Below are positions 25,213 through 37,014 of a stretch of 60,000 bases of DNA, piece by piece. Each line of letters starts with the position of its first letter. The stretch's first letter is position 1. Under the pieces are notes generated by a model. It was not told where the DNA came from. It did no database searches and was given only the letters and a program-made list of their open reading frames with translations. Origin of the DNA: Mobula hypostoma (Eukaryota); NCBI RefSeq assembly GCF_963921235.1, contig NC_086097.1, forward strand, positions 67,520,001 through 67,580,000, given 5' to 3'. The position numbers and the translations under genes were made by a program.

Positions 25213-26046
25213 TGTTACGTACCCCGTAACTGGGTTGCCAAACCAGCAGAAATGGATCACTCAGTTGGAGTCTGGAGTACTAGAACTAAGAAAGTTTTAT
25301 TAAAGAAACAAGCAACACAGTCATCGAAAGGATAATAAATGCAACAATTCAACAATGATAACCACACATGTGCACAGAATTAAGATAACAGCATCAATCA
25401 AGCTCTATCGTTGTCTAGGGGTTAAATGACCAATTTCAAAATGACTCAAAGTTCAGTCCAGTTTGTAGTTCAGTTCGCAGTAATCGCTGCCATGGCGATG
25501 GACAAGGTGGGGGAAGAGAGACAGAATAGGAACAACTGATCATTCAGAACACTGCTTCACTCACAGACCAGCGGGATGGCTCACAAACAGCATTTGGGCA
25601 GGTCCTTGGTGATGTCACCTGAGGTCACCGACTGTGACCCCTCCTCCAGATGCGGTCGATCCTCTGCAGTGAACCCGGCACCCAGGCAAGGGCGGACACA
25701 CACCGGGTTCCCGCTGATCGTACCTTTCCACCCACTCGTGAGAAGCGTACCGCTTCCAGGGTCTCGTTACCTCGGGTGGCGTGTGTGTCTGTCTTAGCGA
25801 ACCTGTCCCTTTTTATCCCCCTGCTGGGGTATCGCCTGTCCATCACTTCAAACAGTTCAGGGTTCAAAGGGGGGAGCCGCTCCAGACAGCTCTTCCTCCC
25901 ACATCCCTTCATTACACATCTCCAGACGCTGCTCCATTGTTCCTTATCTCTCCTTCCCCTGAGGGCAGGTGGCAGACCAACTGCTGATGCCACTGATGCT
26001 AGCCCAGGCCAGCAAACATCTTAATTTTATGTGTATTCTCGTAACA
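25213..26046 (-). repeat. 5' LTR
   Basis: Direct repeat of 21237-22070; followed on the minus strand by the PBS. Confidence 0.97.
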
Positions 26047-27527
26047 CTACCTATCTACACCTGCTATGCACCCCCTTTTTTTTCTTAACCAGGGCCTCAA
26101 TATCTCTTGAAAGCCAGGGTTCCCTACATTTGTTTTCTTTACCTTTTATTCTGACAAGCACTTAAAAGCTTTGTACTCTCAAAATTTCACTTCTGAAGGG
26201 CCTGTCCCAGCCCACACTTGCCAGATCCTTTCTGATACCATCAAAATTAGTCTCTTCCAATTTAGAATCCCAACCGATAGATCAGGACTATCTTTTTCCA
26301 TATTTATTTTGAAACTAATAGTATTATAATCACTAGATGCAAAGTGTTCCCCTACACAAACTTGTGTCACCTGCCCTGCCTAATTCCCTAATAGTAGATC
26401 AAGTATCTCACATTCTCTCACTGGGGCTTCTACTTGCTGATTAAGGAAACTTTCCTGAACACATTTGACAAACTCTGTCACATTTTGTCCTTTTATAGTT
26501 TGGGAGTCACAGTCAATATGTGGAAAAGTAAAATCACCTTCTATAGCAACCTACACAAAATGCTGGAGGAACACAACAAGCCAGGCAGCACCTATGGGGG
26601 GAAAAGTACAGTCGACATACAGGACCTGCCGAAGGTACTTTTTTCCATAGATGCTGCCTGGCTTGCTGAGTTCTTCCAGCATTGTGTGTGTGTTGCTTGG
26701 ATTTCCAGCATCTGCAGATTTTTCTCTTCTTTAATAACCTTGTATTTCTTGCAACAGCTTGCGATCTGTACAAATTTGTTCCACTAAATCCCGTGGACTG
26801 TTGGGTGGTCAGTAATACAGCCCCATTAACATGGTCATTCCTTTCTTATTCCTCAGTTCCACGCATAATGCCTCACTAGACGAATTCTCCAGTCTGTCCT
26901 GACTGAGTACACCTATGACATTTTCCCTTGCTAGTAACACCACCCTCCTCCTTTAATTCCTCCCTCTCTATATAAACAACGGAATATTGAGCTGACAGTC
27001 CTGCTACTACTGCAATGAAGTGTTGCTAATATCTACAATATCATAATTTCATGTGTTGATCCAAGCCCTGAGCTTGTCTGTCTTTCCTACATTTATTTCT
27101 TGCATTGAAATATACGCAGTTCAGGACGTCAATAGAATCATATTCAATCTTTTTGATTCCTTTATCTGAGGTCTTAACAGCATCTGTCTTCACAACCTTT
27201 TCAGTTTTCAGGCAACTCTAGTTTGAACATCCCCATGTAGCACTAAAAAACCTTCCTGCTAGGATATTGGTCTTCCTCTCGTTCAGGTGCATACTGTCTC
27301 TTCTGTACAGATCCCACCTTCCCTGGAAGAGAGCCGAATGATCCAAAAATTTGACACACACTCTCCTACACCAATTCCTTAGCCATGTATTAAACTGTAT
27401 AATCTTCCTATTTCTGGCCTTATTACCATGAGCAATCCTGAGCTCACAACCCTGGAGGTCCTGCCCTTTACCTGGCACCTAACTCCCTGAACTCACTTTG
27501 CAAAGCCATGTCACTCTTCCTACCTAT

Positions 27528-28066
27528 GCAGACATCTCACCCTGCAAAAACTCATCTCAGGGAGGTAGCACCGTCAATTTGCGGGAGACTCCTGGAACTT
27601 CCGGGAGAGGTGGAATATCTGCAATAGGGTAGCTCCTTTGCAGCTAGCCAGCTAGTTGAAATAACCTTAGCTATGCTAATGAACAAATGACACCTGTTAA
27701 ACTCACCTCACATGTCTTTTACAGTCTTAACCCACCATGGGCAATAGAAAAGTCACTGTTGCAAACAGTGCAGCGAGCAACACTGTCATTATTTTGACCC
27801 CTATTAGGCAGGGATACACTTTAGGGTAGTCTGGGGTGACGTATGTTTTATATTTTCTTTTTTTGGAACACTCTGTAATGGCGCGCTCCTCTCTCTCTCA
27901 TGGTCGCTCTCTCGCTCACTCTCTCTCGTGGTCACTCTTGCGCTCGCTCTCTCTCGCTCTCAAAAAAATTGGTTTCCGGGACATTGTATATAATTTGCAG
28001 GCACCAGGGAGCCACTATTAATATGCGGGAGACTCCCAGAACTTCTGGGAGAGGTGGGATGTCTGC
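27528..28066. mobile_element. Non-autonomous DNA element with 14-bp TIRs and 4-bp TSD
   Basis: GCAGACATCTCACC...GGTGGGATGTCTGC; TSD CTAT (27524-27 and 28067-70); interrupts CR1 ORF1. Confidence 0.8.
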
Positions 28067-30482
28067 CTATGTCATTGGTACCTTCATGGGCCGTGACCTC
28101 TTGCTGTTCACCCTCTCACCTAAGAGAGGCAAATAATGATCCGGGAATCTTATTCTCGTCCACAGAACTTCCTTTTTGCTTCTCTAACTAACAAATCCTC
28201 TATCACCACAGCTTGGCTTTGCTCCCCACTTCGTTTCTGATCAGTTGGACCTGACAGCTATGACTTTCTTCTGTTACGTCATCCCCCCACCCCAACAATA
28301 TCCAAAATGGAATACTGTTGTTGTGCTGGCCATCCATCTCTTATTTGAACATGGAAAAAAGATCACAGCAGTCCCTCTGGCCCACGATATTGTGTTGATC
28401 TTTAAACCTACTGCAAGATCAGTGCAACCCTTCCCTCCCATGTAGCCCTCCATTTTCTCTTAAATGTCTCCAATGTATCTGCCTCTACCACCAGAACTGG
28501 TAATTGTTTCATGCACCCAACACTCTTGTATTTTTTTTTGAAAAGCTATCTCTGACATCCCCTCTATATTTTCCTCCAATCCCCTTAAAATTATGCTCTT
28601 ATATTAGCCATTGCTGCCCTGGGATAAAGGCATTGGCTATCTGTTCATATCAGTGCCTCTTATCATCTTATACTGGGGTCTCAGAACAAATCCCTGCAGA
28701 ACACCACTAGTCATCGACCTCTAGGCAGAATACGTTACATCTAATATCACCCTCTGCCTTCTGCCCAGCCAAATTTTCTTTGCGTCCCATGCCTTCTGAT
28801 TGTAGTTTGCACACCAGGATGAAGGGTCTCAACCCAAGCTATTGACTGTTTATTCCCCCTCACAGAAGCTGTCCTCCAGCATTTTATGTCTTGTTCTGGA
28901 TCTCTAGGATCTGCAGAATTGCTTGTGTTACTAAGTATTATAGATTCACTGATTTATATACTCATTGGCAACTTTATTAGGTGCAGGAGGTGGCTACTTA
29001 GTATATGTTCATGGTCTTTTGCTGCTGTAGCACACCCACTTCATGGTTCAGCACGTCATACATTCGGAGATGCAACCCTGTTGTAACACATGGCTATTTG
29101 AGTTACTGTTGCTCTCTTTAAAAAAAAAACCCTCCACATTTCGACTTGCATCTTACTGAGTACAACTGTTCATAGTTTCTGCCAAATACAATCATAATTT
29201 ACCCTCACTAATTTAAATTCTTTCTGTTATGTCAGATCGTTTCCCTCTCCAAGGCTGTTGTAGAGGTCAAGGAGTTGTGGTCACTATCTCACCTTCGCAC
29301 CTACTCACTGACCAAGAGATTTGTCACTTGACCAGGTTCATTGCCTTGTACCAGTATGGCCTCTCATCTAGTTGGCCTGTCTACATATCTTTTCACGAAA
29401 TCTTCCTTGATACATCTAACACATTCCGTCCCATCTAAACTTCTTGCACTAAGAAGGTGATAATCAATATTAAGGAAGTTGAAGTTATCTATGACAACAA
29501 TCCTGTTATTTTTGCACCTTTCCAAAACCTGCTCCTTATTGTCTCTTGGTATTGGTGAAGGTGGAAACTATAGAATACTCTCAATAGAGTGATTGCTCCT
29601 TTTCTGTTTCTGACTTCCACCCATACTAACTCTGTAGACAATCCCTCCATGATGTTCTTCCTTTATGCAGCTGTGATACTATCCCTGATTACCTCTTTTA
29701 CCTCTTTACAGTTACAGGCAACATGGGTTCAATTCCTGCCGCTGCTTGTGAGGAGTTTGTATGTTCTCCCTGTGACTGCGTGGGCTCCTCAGGGCTCAAA
29801 GGGCTGGCTGTATCTCAATAAATGAGTATGGGTCCTTTTTGCTCCCAAATAACTTTCTTTAAACCAGCTCTTCGTTCATGCTTCCCAACAGCATCTGCAG
29901 TTTATTTTCTCTTCTTTCTGCTGAAAACTTTGTCAATTGATTACATGTAGTGGCCTTATCAGACCATCAGATTACATGTTTAGTGCCTGTAGCTCTCAAA
30001 GAAAATGTTAATGACTTCTGAATCTGTAAGTTGTTTGAACTTTCCAGTTTGTGGTGGTCGGGCACAGTGCACATATTATGCCTGACCCAAACATCTTCCT
30101 GTTCCTATTTTGATCTCCAGGAAAAAGAAATCACAATATATTGAAAAATGTGAAAACTTGCAAACTGGCAATGTTTCCACTATCCCAGTCTATCTGTACT
30201 GGATATCTGACAGCAATTACTATGGCTGGGTAGTTTCCTGGAAGAAGCTATTCACTGTCATTTTATGCTTTGAGTATATTTTTAATTTTAATATATACAG
30301 TATTAAATGTTTTCTGCTCAACAGCATCTATTATAAGTTTAATTTGTTTACCTGCAACTAAATGTTCTAGAGTGAATCAAGTTTATGTTGGAACAGTAAT
30401 CATGATAAAAGTTCACACTAAAATTGGATGTAATTTTTCTCCTAGATTGCATAATTCTTAGCAAGTCTGTTGCACGTTTTAG

Positions 30483-30647
<165 letters not shown>

Positions 30648-31165
30648 TAACTGTAACCAGCCGTACAAAGTTTTCTTGTATCTAAAAATCCTTAGTAATT
30701 TGTTCAAATTGTTAGCTCTCAGAGAACTTAAACGTATTTTGCAGGCTTGAAGTAGAGCTGTAATACAGCAGTATTATAGTTATGACTGATTAATAATTGG
30801 TAATCTAGCTTTCATGACCATCTTATTCAGTTTCTCGATTAAGTGACTATGACATTTCTGATCTGTATATTACAATTGTAGACTTTACAGTTCTGTGAAA
30901 GCTAATTTCTACATATTGCAAAATCTTGCTTAAGCTAAGATTTTTTTTTCATTTGTGCTTTGGAAGAATTTTGATACATAAATATTCTTGTATAGTAGAA
31001 CTTTTAATGATATCTGATATTTCCCAGATTAAAGGATCACAGAAAAAAAAAGTATAAGAATGAAAGTCACATTACTCACAGATTCAGAAATGCTAATCTG
31101 CTGTGTGGGCTTCCGATAAAACGTGACATGGTCACTTCGACCAGAATTCTGGTCCTGTGACAATA

Positions 31166-32060
31166 CAGGTGTCCCCCGCTTTTCGAACGTTCGCTTTACG
31201 AAACTCACTGTTACGAAAGACCTATATTAATACCCTGTTTTCGCTTTCGGAACGTGTTTTTACTGTTACGAAAAAAATCAGCGCGCGATAAAAGGCAGCG
31301 CGCCCCCCGAGCAGCCGCTCTCCCCCAGATTCGGAACTGCATTCTCGCCGGCACTGCTTTAACACGTGCCTGTGAGCAGCTGTTTGCAAGATGAGTTCTA
31401 TGGTATCGGAAAAGCCTAAAAGAGCTCGTAAGGGTGTTACACTTAGCGTAAAACTAGACATAATTAAGCGTTTCGATCGTGGTGAACGAAGCAAGGACAA
31501 AGTGAGTTTGGCTTGTGGAAGCTGACGAAGATAATGTTGAAGTGGTTTTGGCATCCCATGACCAAGAACTGATAGATGAAGAGCTGATGCAATCGGAAGA
31601 GGAAAGGATAACAATCGAAACCGAATGCAGTAGCGAACTGAACGTGAAGCAACTGCGTGAGATTTTTGCTGCAATGATAAAGTACGACTTTAATTTTGAA
31701 AAGGTACGTAGGTTTAGGGGATATTTGCAGGATGGTTTGAGTGCTTACAAAGAACTGTATGATAGAAAAATGCGCGAGACTCAGCAGTCAAGCAAGCCTT
31801 CCACATCAGCCACAGCAGACGACGAACCTCGACCTTTGACATCGAGGCGGGCAGTCATAGGAGAAGATGAGCTGCCTGCTGTAATGGAAACAGACGACAA
31901 TGAGATGACACCCCAGTGTCCCACCACCCCAACAGCCAGGCCGCGGACAGACACCAATTTGCGGAGAATGCAGCAGTAGCTGGGAGGTACCCAGCACATC
32001 TTTAAGAAAAAAGCCGAAATAAACATGCTAATTAATTAGGTGCCACCTGACATGTAAATT
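31166..32060 (+). mobile_element. Internally deleted Tigger/pogo DNA transposon in EGLN3 intron 3
   Basis: TA-CAGGTGTCCCCCGCTTTTCGAACG terminus; CENP-B/psq HTH start (RKGVTLSVKLDIIKRFDRGE) fused to the Tigger C-terminus (LASHDQELIDEEL..AYKELYDRK). No DDE core; right TIR not found. Confidence 0.8.
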
Positions 32061-32291
32061 GGCACTTTTGGTGACTGGTCCTTTAATAAATTAAATGCTG
32101 AGGAAGGAATAGAAAACCCAGCAGGTGATTTGTTTCTATTTAAAGGCCCTTTGATTCATCATCTGGTACGGAGACAAATCACCAATATTAAAAATAGTTT
32201 GTTTTAATCTATGTGAGGAGCACAAATGATTTTTATAAAGGTAGTTAGAGAAATTAAGACAGATTTTTAAACTAAATTCACTGTATTCTAG

Positions 32292-32365
32292 ATACGCCAT
32301 AACTGTGTGGTACTTTGATGCAGAGGAGAGGGCTAAAGCAAGAACAAGGTACCAGAATCGAACAG
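32292..32365 (+). CDS. EGLN3: EGLN3 coding exon 4 (R-YAITVWYFDAEERAKARTRYQNRT)
   Basis: 74-nt exon, AG at 32290-91 and GTata at 32366. Completes the 2-oxoglutarate-binding Arg codon in phase with exon 3; the length fits EGLN3. Confidence 0.93.
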
Positions 32366-32460
32366 GTATAATATAAATCTAATTATCTTTATTAAAATTG
32401 AAAATTTGTACTTTTCTATAATCCTTCCTACATTATTAACTTACAATTTTTGTATTTCAG

Positions 32461-32492
32461 CTTCTGAACAAGGTACAACCTTTTCATCGTGA
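32461..32492 (+). CDS. EGLN3: EGLN3 terminal coding exon 5 (ASEQGTTFSS*)
   Basis: tttcAG acceptor at 32459-60 after a 95-nt intron; 32 coding nt ending in TGA, matching the short PHD3 C-terminus. Confidence 0.85.
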
Positions 32493-33449
32493 CAGTAACC
32501 ATGTTGAAACTTGACCAGTGATCCAAGTATCTGAATGTTGTTAATGCACATGGTGTTTTCAGCAACTCCAAAGACACTTCATTTCACAATAATACCATTT
32601 GATGCTTTGCTTTTGTATGATCTTTTGTCAACTTTCACATGTTAGAGATGGTACAGGCTGCTGTTTAGCCTCCTTTTCAGCAAAAATGTTTTAGCAGAAT
32701 TAATCTGCAAACCAGAATTGCACAGAATAGAATTCTATATCAGCTTTCTTAAACTTGTAAGATCTGTTCCAATGTTTCTTGCAAGAATGACATAATGTGC
32801 TTAAATATTCTCATCATTAGGTCCCAGCGGTGCACCTTATCCAAGATTGAAATGGTATTGACTAATCCATTAAAATGTTTTGCTCCCCTCTATTTAAAAG
32901 CAGTTGAATTATTATTTATGGCATTTTTTCTGTTTGACCATTTGAAGATTTGACCATTATCTACTGATTTGTTCCACATTCTCCACTATGTAAGTTAAAC
33001 TTTTACCTTCAGAATTGTTTGAATTTTCTCTATTTATATGGAAGCTGAATATCACTAAATTTCTAAAGTTACAAAAAAATAACCTTCATTGCACTTCATT
33101 GTGATTAATGCTAGTAAATCTTATTCTTTATATGCTTAAATCATAAAGAATTTATTTGCTGAGAAACATTGTAGTTAAGTAAATTGATCTTATAATTTTG
33201 TCTGAAGATGACTACAATATGATGTGAATTTTTTTTTGCTGCTGCCTTCAATAGTGAATCATGGTTCCATGGGAATTTCTGAAGTACATTGAATATAAGC
33301 TTCAAAATTATTGAGTTATCGCTGGATGCTACCTTGTTTGCTGGTCAACAATTTGGCAATCTAGCAGAGGCAGTAAACAAGTTGTATTGGAAGTTAAATT
33401 TGAGAAAATTGTAGGAGTTTTATCTCCACTCTGTTTGTTGTCTTCAGAT

Positions 33450-33455
33450 AATAAA
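33450..33455 (+). terminator. Candidate EGLN3 polyadenylation signal
   Basis: AATAAA ~960 nt after the stop in repeat-free AT-rich sequence, followed by a GT/T-rich tract at 33501-33520. Confidence 0.5.
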
Positions 33456-34019
33456 GTGGTCCCTGCAGTCAAGACAAAGATATATTTTACACAAATATGG
33501 CTGTGTGTATTTTGTTTGTCTCACTCCATCTTCTGCCCTCATTGCATTATTATCATTAAATGATTCAGTCATTAACCTTTATGTAATTCCAAATTTACTG
33601 TAAATATTTATTGCTTTCTCAGGTTGTCAATCAGCATCCTGGGGAAGAAAGTCTTATTTCTGTTGTTCTATATTTTTAGCATTCTTAGCCAACTGAGATA
33701 TTGTGTAAGTAGGATTAAAGTTATACATTTAAGATTGTTTTTACGTCATTTCCAGTACACAGCTAAAGGAGAACAAAATAATTGTTACTCCAGATCCAAT
33801 GCAGCATAAAAAAAAACACAATAAGATAAAGAACCCAATAACAAAAGTATTAAATATAAATACATTGATTTAAAAAAAAATTAAAATTTATTCATTTATG
33901 GGATGTGGATATCGCCAAGCTAAGCCAGCATTTATTGCCCATTCTTAGTTGCCTTTGAGAAGGTGGTGATGAACTGGCTTCTTGAACCGCTGCAGTCCCT
34001 GAGGTGTAGGTATACCCAT

Positions 34020-34572
34020 CTTGTTCGTCCATCGTCGACGTCGATGAAGACCTCGACACCAATATTGATGGTGTCGAGACTAGCGCGTGACTTGGATTTA
34101 AGTGAGGGAGAGTTGCGCAGCGTCAGCCTCACTCTCTCTTCCCAATTCCCATCTGGATTCATTGGCAAGACAGAGTCGAGATGGGACTAGGTGCAGTGGA
34201 TGACCAGGACGTCTTCTGTGTCTTGTCCTGCTCTACACATTCCACGATGCTTGCAGAGACCGCCTTCTTGACCGTTGGACCTTCCATTGGTCTCGTCCGC
34301 TCAATCCGCCGGAGTCTGTCTTCACATGCTGGGATAGACAACTCCCTATCTCACCGAGGGTTTGAGACCCGTCGGCTATCCTCACCTGGTTTAGCCGGCT
34401 TGTTGAAGCCGTTGCCCGGGGTGTGGCCGCTGTCGCATGCAAACAGCTACGGGGAGCCACAGGTGAGAGCTGAGTGCCAGGTGGGGACCAAAGGTGAACT
34501 AACCACCTTGAAAAGGACGCGACATGTTACTCCACCAGAGGTGCTACCCCTCCCTGACACCCCATACACCCC
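34020..34572 (-). mobile_element. SINE-like retroelement (family B, probably RTE-mobilised), full length, inserted in an older LINE fragment (~33880-35020)
   Basis: 12-bp TSD AGGTATACCCAT (34008-19 and 34573-84); CpG-rich and therefore young; no Pol III boxes seen. Confidence 0.85.
34381..34572 (-). ncRNA. HDV-like self-cleaving ribozyme forming the 5' end of SINE family B
   Basis: P1 GGGGTGT/ACACCCC, P2 CTCACCTG/CAGGTGAG, P3 GGC/GCC, L3 TCCCCGT, P1.1 CC/GG, P4 CGGCTT/AAGCCG, J4/2 GCTAA with the catalytic C at 34394. G1 is the first base after the TSD. Confidence 0.8.
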
Positions 34573-35029
34573 AGGTATACCCATAATGCTGTTAGGGAGG
34601 GAATTCCATGATTTTGACCCAGTGACAATGAAGGAACGGCAATTATGTTTTCAAGTTAGGATGGTGAGTGACTTGGGGGATTTCTAAGTGTTCCCAGCTA
34701 TCTGCTGTCCTCATCCTTCAAGATGGCAGCAGTCATGGGTCTGGAAGGTGCTGCCTTAGGAACTTAGGTGTGTTGTTGCAGTGCAACTGTTCGTTGATAG
34801 TGGAGGAATTGCATGCTTGTAGAAGGGGTACCAATCAAGTGGGCTGCCTGTACTGAATGGTATCAAGCTTCGTAAGTGTTGATGGAGCTGCACTCATCCA
34901 GGCTAGTGGCGAGTATTCCGTTACTCTCCTGACCTGAGCCTTGTAGATGGTGGATAGGCTTTGGGGAGTCAGGAGGTGAGTTACATGTCGCAGGATTCCT
35001 AGCCTTTGACCTGCTCTATAAAGTGTGTG

Positions 35030-37010
35030 TTTATAAAGTGATGCTAGGCACAGGAGTACATAAGGTGACTGACAGGAAATGATATAGTGGTGGGTTGGTG
35101 GGTGGAGGTGTTTATTAGCCTTATTGGTTGGGGAAAGTAACTGTTTTTGAGTCTCGTGGTCCAGACATAGACGCTACATAGCTTCCTCCCTGATGGGAGT
35201 GGGACAAACAGTCCATGACCAGGATGGGTGGGATTCTTCATGATGTTACTAACCCTTTCACCTAGAGTGGATAGGAGAGAACCAGTGGATGTGCTATACT
35301 TGGATTTTCAAAAGGCTTTTGACAAGGTCCCACACAGGAGATTAATGTGCAAACTTAAAGCACATGGTATTGAGGGTATGGTATTGATGTGGATAGAGAA
35401 TTGGTTGGCAGACAGGAAGCAAAGAATGGGAATAAACGGGACCTTTTCAGAATGGCAGGCAGTGACTAGTGGGGTACCGCAAGGCTCAGTGCTGGGACCC
35501 CAGTTGTTTACAATATATATTAATGACTTAGACGAGGGAATTAAATGCAGCATCTCCAAGTTTGTGGATGACACGAAGCTGGGCGGCAGTGTTAGCTGTG
35601 AGGAGGATACAGGGTGACTTGGATAGGTTAGGTGAGTGGGCAAATTCATGGCAGATTCAATTTAATGTGGATAAATGTGAGGTTATCCACTTTGGTGGCA
35701 AAAACAGGAAAACAGATTATTATCTGAATGGTAGCCAGTTAGGAAAAGGGGATGTGCAACGAGACCTGGGTGTCATTATACACCAGTCATTGAAAGTGGG
35801 CATGCAGGTACAGCAGGCGGTGAAAAAGGCGAATGGTATGCTGGCATTCATAGCGAGAGGATTCGAGTACAGGAGCAGGGAGGTACTACTGCAGTTGTAT
35901 AAGGCCTTGGTGAGACCATACCTGGAGTATTGTGTGCAGTTTTGGTCCCCTAATCTGAGGAAAGACATTCTTCCCATAAAGGGAGTACAAAGAAGGTTCA
36001 CCAGATTGATTCCTGGGATGGCAGGACTTTCATATGATGAAAGACTGGATCGACTAGGCTTATACCCGTTGGAATTTAGAAGATTGAGGGGGGATTTTAT
36101 TGAAACGTACAAAATCCTGAAAGGATTGGACAGGCTAGATGTAGGAAGATTGTTCCCGATGTTGGGGAAGTCCAAAACGAGGCGTCACAGTTTAAGGATA
36201 AAGGGGAAGCCTTTTAGGACCGAGATTAGGAAAAACTTCTTCACACAGAGAGTGGTGAATCTGTGGAATTCTCTGCCACAGGAAACAGTTGAGGCCAGTT
36301 CATTGGCTATATTTAAGAGGGAGTTAGATATGGCCCTTGTAGCTAAAGGGATCGGAGGTATGGAGAGAAGGCAGGTACAGGGTTCTGAGTTGGATGATCA
36401 GCCATGATCATACTGAATGGTGGTGCAGGCTCGAAGGGCTGAATGGCCTACTCCTGCACCTATTTTCTATGTTTCTGCATATATGTCCTCAATGGTGGGT
36501 AGGCTGGTGCCAGTTATGTGTTGGGCAGTTTTGACTACACATTGTAGAGCCTTCCTGTCCGCTGCAGTGTGGTTTCCATATCATGCAGTGATGCAGCTTA
36601 TTAGGATGTTCTATACTGTGGATCTGTAGAATGATGTGAGTATAGATGTAGATATGCCAGCTCTCTTCAGAAAGTAAAGGCATTGGTGAGGTTTCCTGAT
36701 TGTGTTCTGGGACCATGAAATTTGCAAGGTGTGCACTCCAGGGAACTTGAAGTTGCTTGCAGTTTCCACTGCTGTGCTGATGTAAAAGAGGGGTGTGAGT
36801 TCACCTGAAATTGATAACCATCGCCTTTGTCAAGTTGGTAGTGAGGAAGAGGTTATTTGCCTGTCACCAGGCCTCGCACTCATCCCTCTCCTCTCTAGGC
36901 CATCTAAACATTGTTGGCGATGAGCCTCATCAATGTTGTTTTATCAGTGAACCTGACAATGTGATTGGTATTTGGCCATGCAAACCCTATGTGGGATTTT
37001 ATGCTGTGTA
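35030..37010 (-). mobile_element. Rex1/Babar-type LINE fragment split by a CR1 insertion
   Basis: [29 protein letters not shown]-terminus and IVRFTDKTT (FADDT-like) remnant. Confidence 0.7.
35261..36476 (+). mobile_element. Young 5'-truncated CR1 LINE
   Basis: RT motifs [20 protein letters not shown] and KFVDDTKL; 3' tail TTTCTATGTTTCT. Confidence 0.93.
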
Positions 37011-37014
37011 CATA

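Larger units (their letters stand above)
21237..26046 (-). mobile_element. Full-structure Gypsy (Gmr1-like) LTR retrotransposon, non-autonomous, antisense in EGLN3 intron 2
   Basis: Two 834-bp LTRs (TGTTACG...CGTAACA), 4-bp TSD CTAC (21233-36 and 26047-50), PBS, PPT and a 956-aa ORF. Confidence 0.97.
19765..28330 (-). mobile_element. Old, long CR1 LINE interrupted by an LTR element, a Penelope fragment (~26550-26730) and a MITE
   Basis: Decayed RT (DVVYMNFSKAFD, TGVLQESVLG) at 20271-20689 and ORF1 SGNH-esterase-like peptide (NTWLRNWCRR..KFLDH..DLYRRDSMHLN) at 27218-27478. The CR1 sequence is continuous across the insertions. Confidence 0.8.

Noticed and set aside
21600..26024. Duplicated short ORFs (68-124 aa) at 21600-22048 and 25576-26024, with relatives at 6515-7038
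   Set aside because: They lie inside LTRs; their identity just reflects LTR duplication and no protein motifs are evident.
27880..27962. CT/CG-rich simple repeat that looks like a repeat array
   Set aside because: Degenerate microsatellite inside the MITE, with no repeat-spacer structure.
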